Shown here: positions 9,346 through 18,836 of the stretch, piece after piece
How positions within the stretch are numbered: position 1 is the stretch's first letter
Layout of the letters: each line of letters starts with the position of its first letter
Source of the DNA: Candidatus Aminicenantes bacterium
GTDB taxonomy: Bacteria; Acidobacteriota; Aminicenantia; Aminicenantales; JAFGBC01
DNA length: 64,000 nucleotides
Direction: 5' to 3'
Assembly (NCBI GenBank): GCA_963702005.1
Contig: OY969696.1
Location: 2,944,001-3,008,000, forward strand
The notes under the pieces: model-generated
Told to the model about the DNA's origin: nothing
Seen by the model: only the letters and a program-made list of their open reading frames with translations
The model's database searches: none
Translations under genes and position numbers: made by a program

Positions 9346-10704
9346 GTGCCGTCCATCAATATTCTTGTCGTCGAGGATGAAAAACTCGTCGCCAAAGATA
9401 TCAGCAACATCCTGAAACACATCGGCCACCGGGTCGTTGATATCGTCACGACCGGCCAGGACGCTCTTCGCAGGGTCGAGGAAACCGGCCCCGACCTGGT
9501 CCTGATCGATATCGTCCTGAAGGGCGCCCTGGACGGAATCGCCACGGCCGGACTCATCCAGGAGCGCTTCAGGATCCCCGTCATCTATCTGACGGCTTAC
9601 GCCGACGATACGACTCTGGCCCGGGCCAAGGTCACCGAGCCGTTCGGCTACATCCTCAAGCCCTTCGACGAGCGGGACATCAAGACGGCCATCGAAATGA
9701 TGACCTATAAGGCCCGGATGGACCGCACCCTCCGTGATCGCGAAAAATGGCTGGCGACCATCCTCCGTTCGATCGTCGACGGCGTCATCGCCGTCGACGC
9801 CGCCGGCCGGGTGACTTTCATGAACACGCTGGCCGAGGTCTTGACGGGACGCCCCCTGGCCGAGGGGGCCGGTCAATCCATCGAGAGCGTCGTCCGGATC
9901 TCTCCGGAGCTGGGGACCTCCTCGCAGAGCGAGGCCCTCCTGACGAGCGGGGACGGCCGGCAATACACCATCGAATCGCAGACGTCGCCCATCCTGGACA
10001 TGAGCGGCCAAAAAGCGGGATACGTATTCGTCTTCCGCGACATCAGCCAGCGCCAGAAGACCGAGTACGAGCTCCAGCGGAGCTGGGAACAGATCAAGAA
10101 GAGCCTATCCGGTATCGTCCGGGCCATCTCGCAGATGACCGAAATGCGGGACCCCTACACGGCCGGCCATCAGCGCCGTGTCGCTCAGCTTTCTTCCGCC
10201 ATCGCCAAGGAGATGGGGCTTCACAACGACCAGGTCGAAGGGATCCGTCTGGCCGGGGAAATCCACGACATCGGAAAGATTCACGTCCCCGCCGAAATCC
10301 TCAGCAAGCCCGGCCGCCTGACCCCCGTCGAGTTTGCCCTGATCCAGACCCACGCCCAGGCCGGCTATGAGATTCTGAGGTCGATCGAATTCCCCTGGCC
10401 GATCGCCCAGATCATCTGGCAGCACCACGAACGGCTCGACGGATCGGGCTATCCCAACCGGGTCAAGGGACGGGAGATCCTGCTCGAAGCCCGCATCCTG
10501 AGCGTCGCCGACGTCGTCGAAGCCATGTCCTCGCATCGCCCCTACCGGCCCGCGCCCGGCGTCGCCAAGGCGCTGGAGGAGATCGACCACAACAAGGACA
10601 AGCTCTATGACTCCGATGTCGTGGAAGCCTGCACCGCCCTGTTCAGGGCGGGCCGTTTCGCTTTTGACGGGCCAAAACTCTCCTCCGGCGACCACTCGTC
10701 TTAG
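9346..10704 (+). CDS. REC-PAS-HD-GYP response regulator / cyclic dinucleotide phosphodiesterase
   Basis: VVEDE receiver, PAS segment, RDPYTAGHQRRV, HDIGKI, HHERLDGSGYP. Confidence 0.9.
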   Translation: MPSINILVVEDEKLVAKDISNILKHIGHRVVDIVTTGQDALRRVEETGPDLVLIDIVLKGALDGIATAGLIQERFRIPVIYLTAYADDTTLARAKVTEPFGYILKPFDERDIKTAIEMMTYKARMDRTLRDREKWLATILRSIVDGVIAVDAAGRVTFMNTLAEVLTGRPLAEGAGQSIESVVRISPELGTSSQSEALLTSGDGRQYTIESQTSPILDMSGQKAGYVFVFRDISQRQKTEYELQRSWEQIKKSLSGIVRAISQMTEMRDPYTAGHQRRVAQLSSAIAKEMGLHNDQVEGIRLAGEIHDIGKIHVPAEILSKPGRLTPVEFALIQTHAQAGYEILRSIEFPWPIAQIIWQHHERLDGSGYPNRVKGREILLEARILSVADVVEAMSSHRPYRPAPGVAKALEEIDHNKDKLYDSDVVEACTALFRAGRFAFDGPKLSSGDHSS

Positions 10705-11876
10705 GCCCGGCCGTAAAACTCCTTCACCGTCGAAACCACGTAACCCTGCTGGTCTCGAGTCAGCTCGGGATAGAGGGGAAGCGCCAGGACTTCACGGGCG
10801 GCCTTCTCGGCGCGCGGGAAATCGCCCTCCCGGTAGCCGAGGCCGGCGAAGCACTTCTGAAGGTGGAGCGGCAGCGGATAATAGACCGTGGAGCCGACGC
10901 CCTTCGTCCGCAGAAACTCCTTGAGCTCGTCGCGCTTCCGGGCCCGGACGACGTACTGATGATAAGTGTGGAAATTCTTGACTCCCGAGCCGCGATAGAC
11001 GGCTTTAGGAATCGCGATCGAGCCGTCCGCGACGAGCCCCTCCTCCTCGAAAGCGCGGTCGTAGGCGGCGGCCTTCTCGCGGCGCGCCTCCTGCCAGCGG
11101 TCGAGGTGCCCGAGCTTGACGCGAAGGACGGCCGCCTGGATCGCGTCGAGTCGGAAATTTCCCCCCATCTCGTCGTAGGTGTAGCGTTCCCGTTCGCCGT
11201 GGACCCGGAGGGTCCTGAGCCTGGCCGCGAGCGGTTCGTCGTCGGTCAGGACCATGCCGCCGTCCCCGTACCCGCCCAGGTTTTTGGTCGGGTAAAAGGA
11301 GAAGAACCCGCAGCGCCCGATGGCGCCCGCCTTTTTGACGCCCCGGGACGAGGGATATTCGGTCCCGATGGCCTGGGCGGCGTCCTCGATCACGGACAGG
11401 CCGCGGCGGCCGGCGATCTCCAGGATGCGGTCCATATCCGCGCATTGGCCGTAGAGATGGATGGGAACAACGGCCTTGACCTTTTCCGGGGACGCAGGCT
11501 CGGCCCGCCCGCCCAGGACGTCTTCGAGGCGGGCCGGGTCGAGGTTGTAAGTCGCCTCGTCGATATCGCAGAAGACGGGCCTGGCCCCGAGACGGGCGAT
11601 CGCGCCGGCCGTGGCGAAGAAGGTGAAGGGCGTCGTGACGACGGCGTCCCCCCGGCCGATCCCGAGGGCCATCAGCGAGACGATCTGGCCGTCGGAGCCG
11701 GAGGAGACGCCCACGGCGAAGCGCGCGCCGCTGTAGGCGGCGACCTCTTTTTCCAGGGCCTCGACCTCGGGACCGAGGATGAACCCCTGGCCGGCGATGA
11801 CTTCGAGGACCTTGCGGTCGATCTCATCCTTGATGGCCCGGTATTGAGCCTTCAGGTCCAAGGAGGGAACGTTCAT
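10701..11876 (-). CDS. DegT/DnrJ/EryC1/StrS PLP-dependent sugar aminotransferase
   Basis: IEDAAQAIG, FSFYPTKNLGGYGDGG, LPLYPEL motifs. Confidence 0.92.
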   Translation of the reverse strand: MNVPSLDLKAQYRAIKDEIDRKVLEVIAGQGFILGPEVEALEKEVAAYSGARFAVGVSSGSDGQIVSLMALGIGRGDAVVTTPFTFFATAGAIARLGARPVFCDIDEATYNLDPARLEDVLGGRAEPASPEKVKAVVPIHLYGQCADMDRILEIAGRRGLSVIEDAAQAIGTEYPSSRGVKKAGAIGRCGFFSFYPTKNLGGYGDGGMVLTDDEPLAARLRTLRVHGERERYTYDEMGGNFRLDAIQAAVLRVKLGHLDRWQEARREKAAAYDRAFEEEGLVADGSIAIPKAVYRGSGVKNFHTYHQYVVRARKRDELKEFLRTKGVGSTVYYPLPLHLQKCFAGLGYREGDFPRAEKAAREVLALPLYPELTRDQQGYVVSTVKEFYGRA

Positions 11877-11923
11877 GGCCTGCACTTTAGACAAATTCGC
11901 CGCCCTTGTCAACGCCGCCCGAC

Positions 11924-12409
11924 TCAGCTCCCTTCGACCTTGCGGATCCGGGCTTTCTCGATTTGGAGACGCCCCTGGTAAGATACATAATTGAGGAGGA
12001 TGAGGACGCGATCATGGCCGCTGAGCTCGCGGTTGAAGACGCCCCGGAGGCCCTTGAGCGGCCCTTCGCTGACCTCGATCTCATCGCCCGGCGCGGGCTT
12101 ATCCCGGAACGTCCGAACTTCGATGAAGCCTTCGACTTCGCGGGCGCGCAGCTCCTCGATGACGGCATCCGGGAGCGAGACCGGTCCGGCATCATTCCCG
12201 ACGATTTTTTTGACCCCCCGCGTGTAGTGGACGAGCTTGTACTGGCGGGGATGGTCGAAGCGGAGGAACGCGTAGCCGGGGAAGAAAGCCCGAACTCTCT
12301 CCCCTTCCCTGCAGCGCGGAAGGTAGAAATCAAACGAAGCCTGCTGGAAGAGACGCTCGACCTGGAACTCTTTTTTGGGCTTGAGGTTGAGAAGGAACCA
12401 GCTGACCAT
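11924..12409 (-). CDS. NusG paralog (RfaH/UpxY-like antiterminator)
   Basis: NGN domain (WFLL..KPKKE..FFPGYAF..YTRGV) plus KOW motif (GDEIEVSEGPLKGLRG); ATG 12409. Confidence 0.85.
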   Translation of the reverse strand: MVSWFLLNLKPKKEFQVERLFQQASFDFYLPRCREGERVRAFFPGYAFLRFDHPRQYKLVHYTRGVKKIVGNDAGPVSLPDAVIEELRAREVEGFIEVRTFRDKPAPGDEIEVSEGPLKGLRGVFNRELSGHDRVLILLNYVSYQGRLQIEKARIRKVEGS

Positions 12410-12413
12410 GATC

Positions 12414-13238
12414 TCAGTCGCCGATCCTGAGGCGCTTGTAGAATTCGGGCCGACGATCGGGGAGGAAATGCCGGCGGGCGGGGGAGCGGCGGAGCTCGGC
12501 CATGTCGCAGTCCGCGACCAGGATGGCCTCCCGCCCGCGCGGAGCGCGCTTGACCAGGGCGCCGTCCGGGCCAGCGATGAAGGACTCGCCCGCGAACTGG
12601 AGCGCGCCCTCCTTCCCCACCCGATTGGCCAGGGCGGCGAAATACCCGTTCTGGAAGGCGGCGACTCTGACCTCGGCTTCGAAAAGGCCCTTGGGCCATT
12701 CGTTCCAAGTGCCCGCTTGAGGGATGACGACGATCTCGGCGCCGGCCAGGGCCAGCCCCCGCATGTATTCGGGGAAATGCCGGTCATAGCAGATACAGAC
12801 GCCGACGCGGCCGGCCCGCGTCGCGAAGACGAGGTCCGTGTCCTCGGCGGGCGCATAGTATCCCCGCTCGCGAAAGCCGGGCCCGTCCATGATGTGGACC
12901 ATGCGGGTGACGCCGAGGAGCCGTCCGTCGCCATCGATGACCGGGGAAGAATCATAGGTCCGGCCCTTCCGTCGTTCGAAGAGGTTGAGGACGACCACGA
13001 CGCCGGCCCGAGCGGCCAGGGACGAGAAACGGTCCGTGGTAGGCCCGGGGACGGGTTCCGCCTGGGCGAGGGCCGTGGCCGTCGCGCGGCGCCGGGGCAG
13101 GAAAGGGAGGAAGGCGAGCTCGGGAAAAACGATGATCTGGGCGCCGGAGCCGACGGCCTTTTCGAAAGCCCTGACCCCCCGCTCCAGGTTGGCGGTCTTG
13201 TCCCGGGAAGCCCGCCGCTGGATGAGCGCGATCCTCAT
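12414..13238 (-). CDS. Carbon-nitrogen hydrolase (N-carbamoylputrescine amidase-like)
   Basis: FPEL, ICYDRHFPE, NRVG, FAGESF motifs. Confidence 0.85.
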   Translation of the reverse strand: MRIALIQRRASRDKTANLERGVRAFEKAVGSGAQIIVFPELAFLPFLPRRRATATALAQAEPVPGPTTDRFSSLAARAGVVVVLNLFERRKGRTYDSSPVIDGDGRLLGVTRMVHIMDGPGFRERGYYAPAEDTDLVFATRAGRVGVCICYDRHFPEYMRGLALAGAEIVVIPQAGTWNEWPKGLFEAEVRVAAFQNGYFAALANRVGKEGALQFAGESFIAGPDGALVKRAPRGREAILVADCDMAELRRSPARRHFLPDRRPEFYKRLRIGD

Positions 13239-13523
13239 GCGGATATCTTAGTCCAGCTTCCCATCCGCTTCAATCCCCTCCGCTTGAAGATCTGGTCGCT
13301 TTATCGTGAATTGGCCGTGAAAAACCGCTCCGGGGACTAGCGAGGCTTGTCCCCTTCGCGGGATCCCGCGGACACCAGTCCGTGGAGCTTCAGGGTCGGC
13401 CGCGATTAGCCGCAAACGGTGAGAAGGATGGCGTAGAAAATCCCCCCTCCGCTCATCGGGGCCGGTTATTGACGGGGCAGCCGGTCTCGTCTAATCTAAA
13501 AAAAGGGACAAAGGTTTTCGATC

Positions 13524-14084
13524 ATGAAGAGAGCCGTTGCGCTCATCCTCGTTCTGGCCGCGGCCTCGGCCGCTCAAGCGGCCGCGCCCTCCCGCCTCAT
13601 CGGAAAATTCGCCCAATTCCGGCCGTCCACGAATCCCCTCAAAGCCGACTACGGAACATCGCTGGGCTACGGCGGCGAAATCAACATCAGCCTTTCGAAC
13701 TACCTGGACCTCTGGCTGGGCGCGATGTATCACCCCCAGCAGAACCACCTCAGCGCCGGCTCGAGGATCTCGCTGACTCCGATCGATGCCGGACTCAAGC
13801 TGAAGCTCCCCGTGCCGTTTCTGGGAACCCCTTACTTCGGGGCGGGCGCCGTCTATTGCACTTACACCGAGAAAGCGGCCGGCGTCGAATCCAGCCAATC
13901 CGGCCTCGGGTACTGCCTCCAGACCGGCATAGTCATCCCCCCCTGCACGGGCCGCTCCTGCAGCAATGCCCTGTTTTCGGTCGATCTTTTTCTGAACTAC
14001 AGCAGCTGCGAAGTCGCCGTCGCCAACCGCACCCTCGAAATCGGAGGGCTCAGGATCGGCGTCGGCTGGGGCGTCGGTTTTTAG
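13524..14084 (+). CDS. Small outer-membrane beta-barrel-like protein
   Basis: Signal peptide, PYFGAG strand, terminal Phe (GWGVGF). Confidence 0.65.
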   Translation: MKRAVALILVLAAASAAQAAAPSRLIGKFAQFRPSTNPLKADYGTSLGYGGEINISLSNYLDLWLGAMYHPQQNHLSAGSRISLTPIDAGLKLKLPVPFLGTPYFGAGAVYCTYTEKAAGVESSQSGLGYCLQTGIVIPPCTGRSCSNALFSVDLFLNYSSCEVAVANRTLEIGGLRIGVGWGVGF

Positions 14085-15475
14085 GCTCCGGTCCCCGTCG
14101 CCGCCTCCACGTCCGCGACCGTCTTGGGAATGGGTTTGCCCAGGACGCGGCGGCCGTCGGCCGTGACCAGGACGTTATCCTCGATCCGGACGCCGCCGAA
14201 GTCCCGGTAAGTCCCGGCTTTATCGTAATCGATGAAATCGGCGAACTTGCCGGCCTTTCTCCACTTATCGATCAGGGGCGGGATGAAGTAGATGCCGGGC
14301 TCGACCGTCACCACGAAGCCGGGCTCAGGCTCCCGGGCCAGCCGGAGATAGGCCAACCCGAACTGGCCGCTCCGCTTGAGTTTTTCGGTGTAGCCGACCA
14401 GCGCTTCGCCGATGTCCTCCATGTCGTGGACGTCGAGCCCCATCATGTGCCCGAGGCCGTGGGGGAAGAACAGCGCGTGGGCTCCGGCCTGGACGGCGGC
14501 CGCGGCGTCGCCTTTCATCAAGCCCAGATCCTTAAGCCCGGCGGCGATGACGCGGGCCGCTTCGAGGTGGACCTCCCGGTACTTAAGGCCGGGCCGGATG
14601 GCCCGGATGGCCGTTTCCTGGGCCCGCAGGACGATCTCGTAGATCTCCCGCTGCCGGGGCGTGAATCGTCCGCTGACCGGGATCGTCCGGGTGATATCCG
14701 AGGCGTAGCCGCGCGGCGATTCGGCGCCCGAATCGTCGATGAGGAGCCGCCCCTCGGCCAGGACGTTGCCGTAGCCGTGATTGTGGAGGACCTGGCCGTT
14801 GATGGTCACGATCGAAGGAAAGGCCGTCCGGCAGCCGCGGCCGAGCGCGATCCCCTCGATCCGGCCCATGATCTCATACTCGTGGATTCCCGGCCGAGTC
14901 ATGGCCATGGCCGCCCGGTACATCTCGTGGGAAACGTCCAGGGCTTTTTCGATCTCGTCGATCTCCTCCTGAATCTTGACCGACCTCTGGGCGATGACGG
15001 CCCGGCGCAGCGCCTCCGAGGCCTTGGCTTTGACGTCCCTGGCCGGAATGCCCAGCCAGCCGCCGAGCTTGCGGGCGGCCTCGGCCCGGTAGGGAGGAAG
15101 AAAATGGATCTTCCGCCGCTTGGCCTTGGCCTGCTTGAGCGCCGCCTCGAGCTTGGCCAGGGGCCGGGCCGTCCCGACGCCGGCCAGGGCCGCCCTGTCC
15201 TTGACGGTCGGCAGATGGCCCATCCAGATGACATCCTCGAGGCCGATATCGTCGCCGAAGACGATCTCCTTGTCGCCGTCGATATCGACGAGTCCGGCCA
15301 GCCCGGGCTGGTCGAGTCCGAAGAAATAGAGAAAGGAGCTGTCCTGCCGGAAATGGTAGGTGTTGGCGGGATAGTTCATGGGGCTCTCGTCGTTCCCGGG
15401 GAACAAGACGAGGCCGGAGCCGAGCTGGGTCCTGAGCCGTTTCCGGCGTTCGCTGTAGATGCGGGCGTCAAACAT
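14081..15475 (-). CDS. pepP: Xaa-Pro aminopeptidase (M24B)
   Basis: FRQDSSFLY, DSGA..YASDITRT, HGLGHMMGLDVHD, TVEPGIY, GGVRIEDN. Confidence 0.92.
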   Translation of the reverse strand: MFDARIYSERRKRLRTQLGSGLVLFPGNDESPMNYPANTYHFRQDSSFLYFFGLDQPGLAGLVDIDGDKEIVFGDDIGLEDVIWMGHLPTVKDRAALAGVGTARPLAKLEAALKQAKAKRRKIHFLPPYRAEAARKLGGWLGIPARDVKAKASEALRRAVIAQRSVKIQEEIDEIEKALDVSHEMYRAAMAMTRPGIHEYEIMGRIEGIALGRGCRTAFPSIVTINGQVLHNHGYGNVLAEGRLLIDDSGAESPRGYASDITRTIPVSGRFTPRQREIYEIVLRAQETAIRAIRPGLKYREVHLEAARVIAAGLKDLGLMKGDAAAAVQAGAHALFFPHGLGHMMGLDVHDMEDIGEALVGYTEKLKRSGQFGLAYLRLAREPEPGFVVTVEPGIYFIPPLIDKWRKAGKFADFIDYDKAGTYRDFGGVRIEDNVLVTADGRRVLGKPIPKTVADVEAATGTGA

Positions 15476-15560
15476 GCGGGCCTCCTCGACGCGCGAAGGT
15501 TACGGTTCGCGGATAGATATACCAAAGGACCGGGAGGAAGGCAATGGGCCTTCTCCCCGC

Positions 15561-17924
15561 CTAAAGGGACTCGTGCTCCGTTCTCCGGATGATTTCATCC
15601 TGGAGGGCCTTGCCCAGGTCGACGAAATAGTCGCTGTAGCCGGCGACCCGGACGATGAGGTCGCGGTATTTATCCGGATGCTTCTGGGCCTCGCGCAGGA
15701 CGGCCGCCGTCACGATGTTGAACTGGATGTGATGGCCGTCGAGCTTGAAGTAGGACCGGATGAGGTGGAGGAGCTTCTCGACGCCCGAATCGTCGCTGAG
15801 GACCTGGGGCGTGAATTTCTGGTTGAGGAGCGTCCCCCCGGTTCGGACGTGATCCATCTTGGACACCGACTTGATGACGGCGGTTGGGCCGTGCCGGTCG
15901 GCGCCCTGAACGGGAGAGACGCCCTCCGAGAACGGCTCGCCGGCCTTCCGGCCGTCCGGGGTCGCGCCGGTGACCTTTCCGAAATAGACGTGGACCGTCG
16001 TCGGCAGCAGGTTAATCCGGTACTGGCCTCCCCTCGTGTTGGGGCGGCCGTTGATCGCGTCGTAGTAAAGCTCGAAGACGCGCTTCATGATGCCGTCGGC
16101 ATAGTCGTCGTCGTTCCCGTAGCGGGGCGTCTTGTTGAGGAGATACTGGCGGAGGCCTTCCCGGCCTTCGAAGTTGCGGCGGAGGGCCTGGAGAAGGTCC
16201 TTGAGCGGAACCTTCTTTTTGTCGTAGACGCCGAATTTGAGGGCCGTCAGGGAGTCCGTGATCGTCCCCAGCCCGACGCCCTGAATGTAGGACGTGTTGT
16301 AGCGGGCGCCCCCGTCATGGTAGTCGCGGCCCCGGGCGATGCAGTCGTCGATGAGAAGGGACAGGAAGGGCGTCGGGAGGTATTCGGCGTAGATCCGTTC
16401 GATGACGGAGTTCCCCCGGATCTTGACGTCGATGAAATGCCGGACTTGGGCGGCGTAAGCCTCGAACAGCTCATCGAAGGAAGCGAACGCGGCCGCGTCT
16501 CCGGTCCGGAGGCCGATCGTCTTTCCCGTCCGGGGATCGACGCCGTTGGCGAGCGTGATCTCGAAGACCTTGGCCAGGTTGAAGTAGCCGGTCAGGTTGT
16601 AGTTTTCGCGGCCGAAGACCCCGACCTCGACGCAGCCGCTCGATCCGCCCCTCCGGGCGTCCTCCAGGGTCTTGCCCTGGCGAAGGAGCTCCTCGACGAT
16701 GAGATCGGCGTTGAAGAAGGAGGGCTGGCCGAATCCGGTCTTGACGATCTGGATGGCCCGCTTGAGGAATCGGTCCGGGCTGCGCTTGCTGATCTGGACC
16801 GAGGCGCTCGGCTGGAGGAGCCTCATTTCTTCGACGACATCGAGGAGCAGGTAGGTCATGTCGCCGACCGCGTCCTCGCCCTGGGGAGTCAGGCCGCCGA
16901 AATTGATCTGGCAGAAGTCCGTGTACGTCGCGCTTTCTTCGGCGGTGACTCCGACCTTGGGCGGGGCGGGCTGGTTGTTGAACTTGATCCAGAAAGCCTG
17001 GACGAGCTCGCGGGCCTGGTCCTGGGTCAGAGCGCCGTTCTCGATCCCCTTCCGATAGAAGGGCGCCAAATGCTGGTCGAGCTTGCCGGGGTTGAAGGAA
17101 TCCCAGGTGTTGAGCTCGCTGATGACCCCCAGGTGGACGAACCAGTAGGCCTGGAGGGCCTCCCAGAAATCGCGGGGCGGCTGGGCGGGAACGCGGCTAC
17201 AGACCTCGGCGATCCGGTTGAGCTCTTTCTTACGACGCGGATCCTTCTCTTTAAGGGCCAAGGCCCGGGCTTTCTCCGCGTAGCGCTCGGCGAGCCTGAT
17301 CAGGGCGTCGGCGGCCACGGCCATGGCCTGGAGCTCCTCTTCTTTGCGAAGGGCCTCGGGGTCCCGGGCGAAATCGAGCCCGGCCAGGCTGCGCGCGATG
17401 TCCTGTTTGAAGTCGAGGAATCCCTTGCGATAAATCTTGTCGTCAAGGACGGTGTGCCCGGGCGCCCGCTGCTCCATGAATTCCGTAAAAACGCCCGCAT
17501 CGTAGGCGTCCCTCCACTCCGGAGTCATCTCGTCCAGGATCTTTTCGCGGACGGTCTGGCCCTTCCAGAAGGGAATGATCCGCTCCTTGTAGATCTTGCG
17601 GGTCTCGGGGCTGACCTTGTAGGGGATCTTCTCCCGCGTATTCAGGATGTCGAGGTCCTGGAGACTATGGACGTTGATCTCGGGAAAGGTGGGCGTCGCC
17701 TTGGGGCCGGGCCCTCGCTCTCCGACGATGAGTTCCCCGTCGCCGATGGCGATCGCCCGGCGCTCGCAGAGGTATTTAAAGGCTAGGGCCCGCTTCAGGG
17801 GGACGGACAGGGTGGCCGAACGATGGCTTTCGTAGAATTCGGTCATGAGCAGGGCCCGTTCCGGGCTCAGGAACGGCTTCGCCCTCAAGCTTTCTTCGCG
17901 CAATCTTTTGATACGTTCGTTCAT
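15561..17924 (-). CDS. hypD: Glycyl radical enzyme, trans-4-hydroxy-L-proline dehydratase
   Basis: EFMEQRAPGHTV, NTWDSFNPG, ESATYTDF, SGCVE, LTGYFN, LLPTT, RVAGYSDYF match recalled HypD active-site contexts. Confidence 0.85.
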   Translation of the reverse strand: MNERIKRLREESLRAKPFLSPERALLMTEFYESHRSATLSVPLKRALAFKYLCERRAIAIGDGELIVGERGPGPKATPTFPEINVHSLQDLDILNTREKIPYKVSPETRKIYKERIIPFWKGQTVREKILDEMTPEWRDAYDAGVFTEFMEQRAPGHTVLDDKIYRKGFLDFKQDIARSLAGLDFARDPEALRKEEELQAMAVAADALIRLAERYAEKARALALKEKDPRRKKELNRIAEVCSRVPAQPPRDFWEALQAYWFVHLGVISELNTWDSFNPGKLDQHLAPFYRKGIENGALTQDQARELVQAFWIKFNNQPAPPKVGVTAEESATYTDFCQINFGGLTPQGEDAVGDMTYLLLDVVEEMRLLQPSASVQISKRSPDRFLKRAIQIVKTGFGQPSFFNADLIVEELLRQGKTLEDARRGGSSGCVEVGVFGRENYNLTGYFNLAKVFEITLANGVDPRTGKTIGLRTGDAAAFASFDELFEAYAAQVRHFIDVKIRGNSVIERIYAEYLPTPFLSLLIDDCIARGRDYHDGGARYNTSYIQGVGLGTITDSLTALKFGVYDKKKVPLKDLLQALRRNFEGREGLRQYLLNKTPRYGNDDDYADGIMKRVFELYYDAINGRPNTRGGQYRINLLPTTVHVYFGKVTGATPDGRKAGEPFSEGVSPVQGADRHGPTAVIKSVSKMDHVRTGGTLLNQKFTPQVLSDDSGVEKLLHLIRSYFKLDGHHIQFNIVTAAVLREAQKHPDKYRDLIVRVAGYSDYFVDLGKALQDEIIRRTEHESL

Positions 17925-17927
17925 GGA

Positions 17928-18836
17928 TCATTCTCCCGATCGGACTTCGAATCCGTACGACTCGAGCCGGGCCTTGACCCGTTGGAGGACCGCGGCGGAT
18001 GGGACCGGGAAGTCCCGCCCTTCGCGGGCTCGGATGAGCCGGCGGCGCTTATCCTGGCCGAGGCGGTGGTAGGGCAGCAGACTGATCCGGCGGACCGAGT
18101 CGAGGGAACGGAGGAACTCGGCCGTCCGGCGGATGTTGTCGTCGTCGTCGTTGACGCCCGGTATGAGGGGGATGCGGACTATGATCACGGCCCCGGAGCG
18201 GGCCAGCCGCTTGAGGTTTTCCAGTATGAGGGCGTTGGATTCCCCGGTCAGCCGGGCGTGTTTCTTGGGGTCCATGACCTTGAGGTCGAACAGAAACAGG
18301 TCGCTGAGGGCCCGGACCCGCATGAGAGTGTCGGGGGGAACGAACCCGCAGGTGTCGACGGTCGCATGGATCCCGCGCGTCCGGCATTCCCTCAGCATCT
18401 CCTCGAGGAACTCGGGCTGGGCCAGCGGCTCCCCGCCCGAGAAGGTGACGCCCCCCCGCGATTCCTCGTGGAAAACGGCGTCCTTGGCGACTTCGTCCAC
18501 GACCTCCAGGGCGGACATCCGGTGACCCGCGATTTCGATGGCCTGAGTCGGGCAGATCTCGGCGCAGGTCCCGCAGGCCTGGCACTTGTCGGGATCGACG
18601 CGGGGCCGCCCGTCCAGCTTGCGGATGGCTTTCTGGGGGCAGCCCAACAAGCACTCCCGGCAATCGCGCAGGCAGCGATCGGGGCGGACGACAAGCTCGG
18701 CGCCGGGACCCTGGCCCTCCGGATTATGGCACCAGAGACAGTGCAGAGGGCAGCCCTTGAGGAATACGGCCGTCCGGATGCCCGGTCCGTCGTGCAGGGC
18801 GTATTTCTTGATATCGAAGACGATGCCTTCGCTCAT
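17928..18836 (-). CDS. Glycyl-radical enzyme activating enzyme (radical SAM with ferredoxin insert)
   Basis: HDGPGIRT..FLKGCPLHCLWCHNPE, two CxxCxxC clusters, GGVTFSGGEP. Confidence 0.93.
   Translation of the reverse strand: MSEGIVFDIKKYALHDGPGIRTAVFLKGCPLHCLWCHNPEGQGPGAELVVRPDRCLRDCRECLLGCPQKAIRKLDGRPRVDPDKCQACGTCAEICPTQAIEIAGHRMSALEVVDEVAKDAVFHEESRGGVTFSGGEPLAQPEFLEEMLRECRTRGIHATVDTCGFVPPDTLMRVRALSDLFLFDLKVMDPKKHARLTGESNALILENLKRLARSGAVIIVRIPLIPGVNDDDDNIRRTAEFLRSLDSVRRISLLPYHRLGQDKRRRLIRAREGRDFPVPSAAVLQRVKARLESYGFEVRSGE

Noticed and set aside
15459-17786. Long antisense ORFs (e.g. 775 aa here, 729 aa at 61126-63315, 736 aa at 13382-15592)
   Set aside because: Shadow frames of well-supported genes in high-GC DNA, with no recognisable motifs.
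15561-17924. Pyruvate formate-lyase call for the glycyl radical enzyme
   Set aside because: It has a single-Cys GCVE loop rather than the CC motif of PFL, and the other motifs match HypD.
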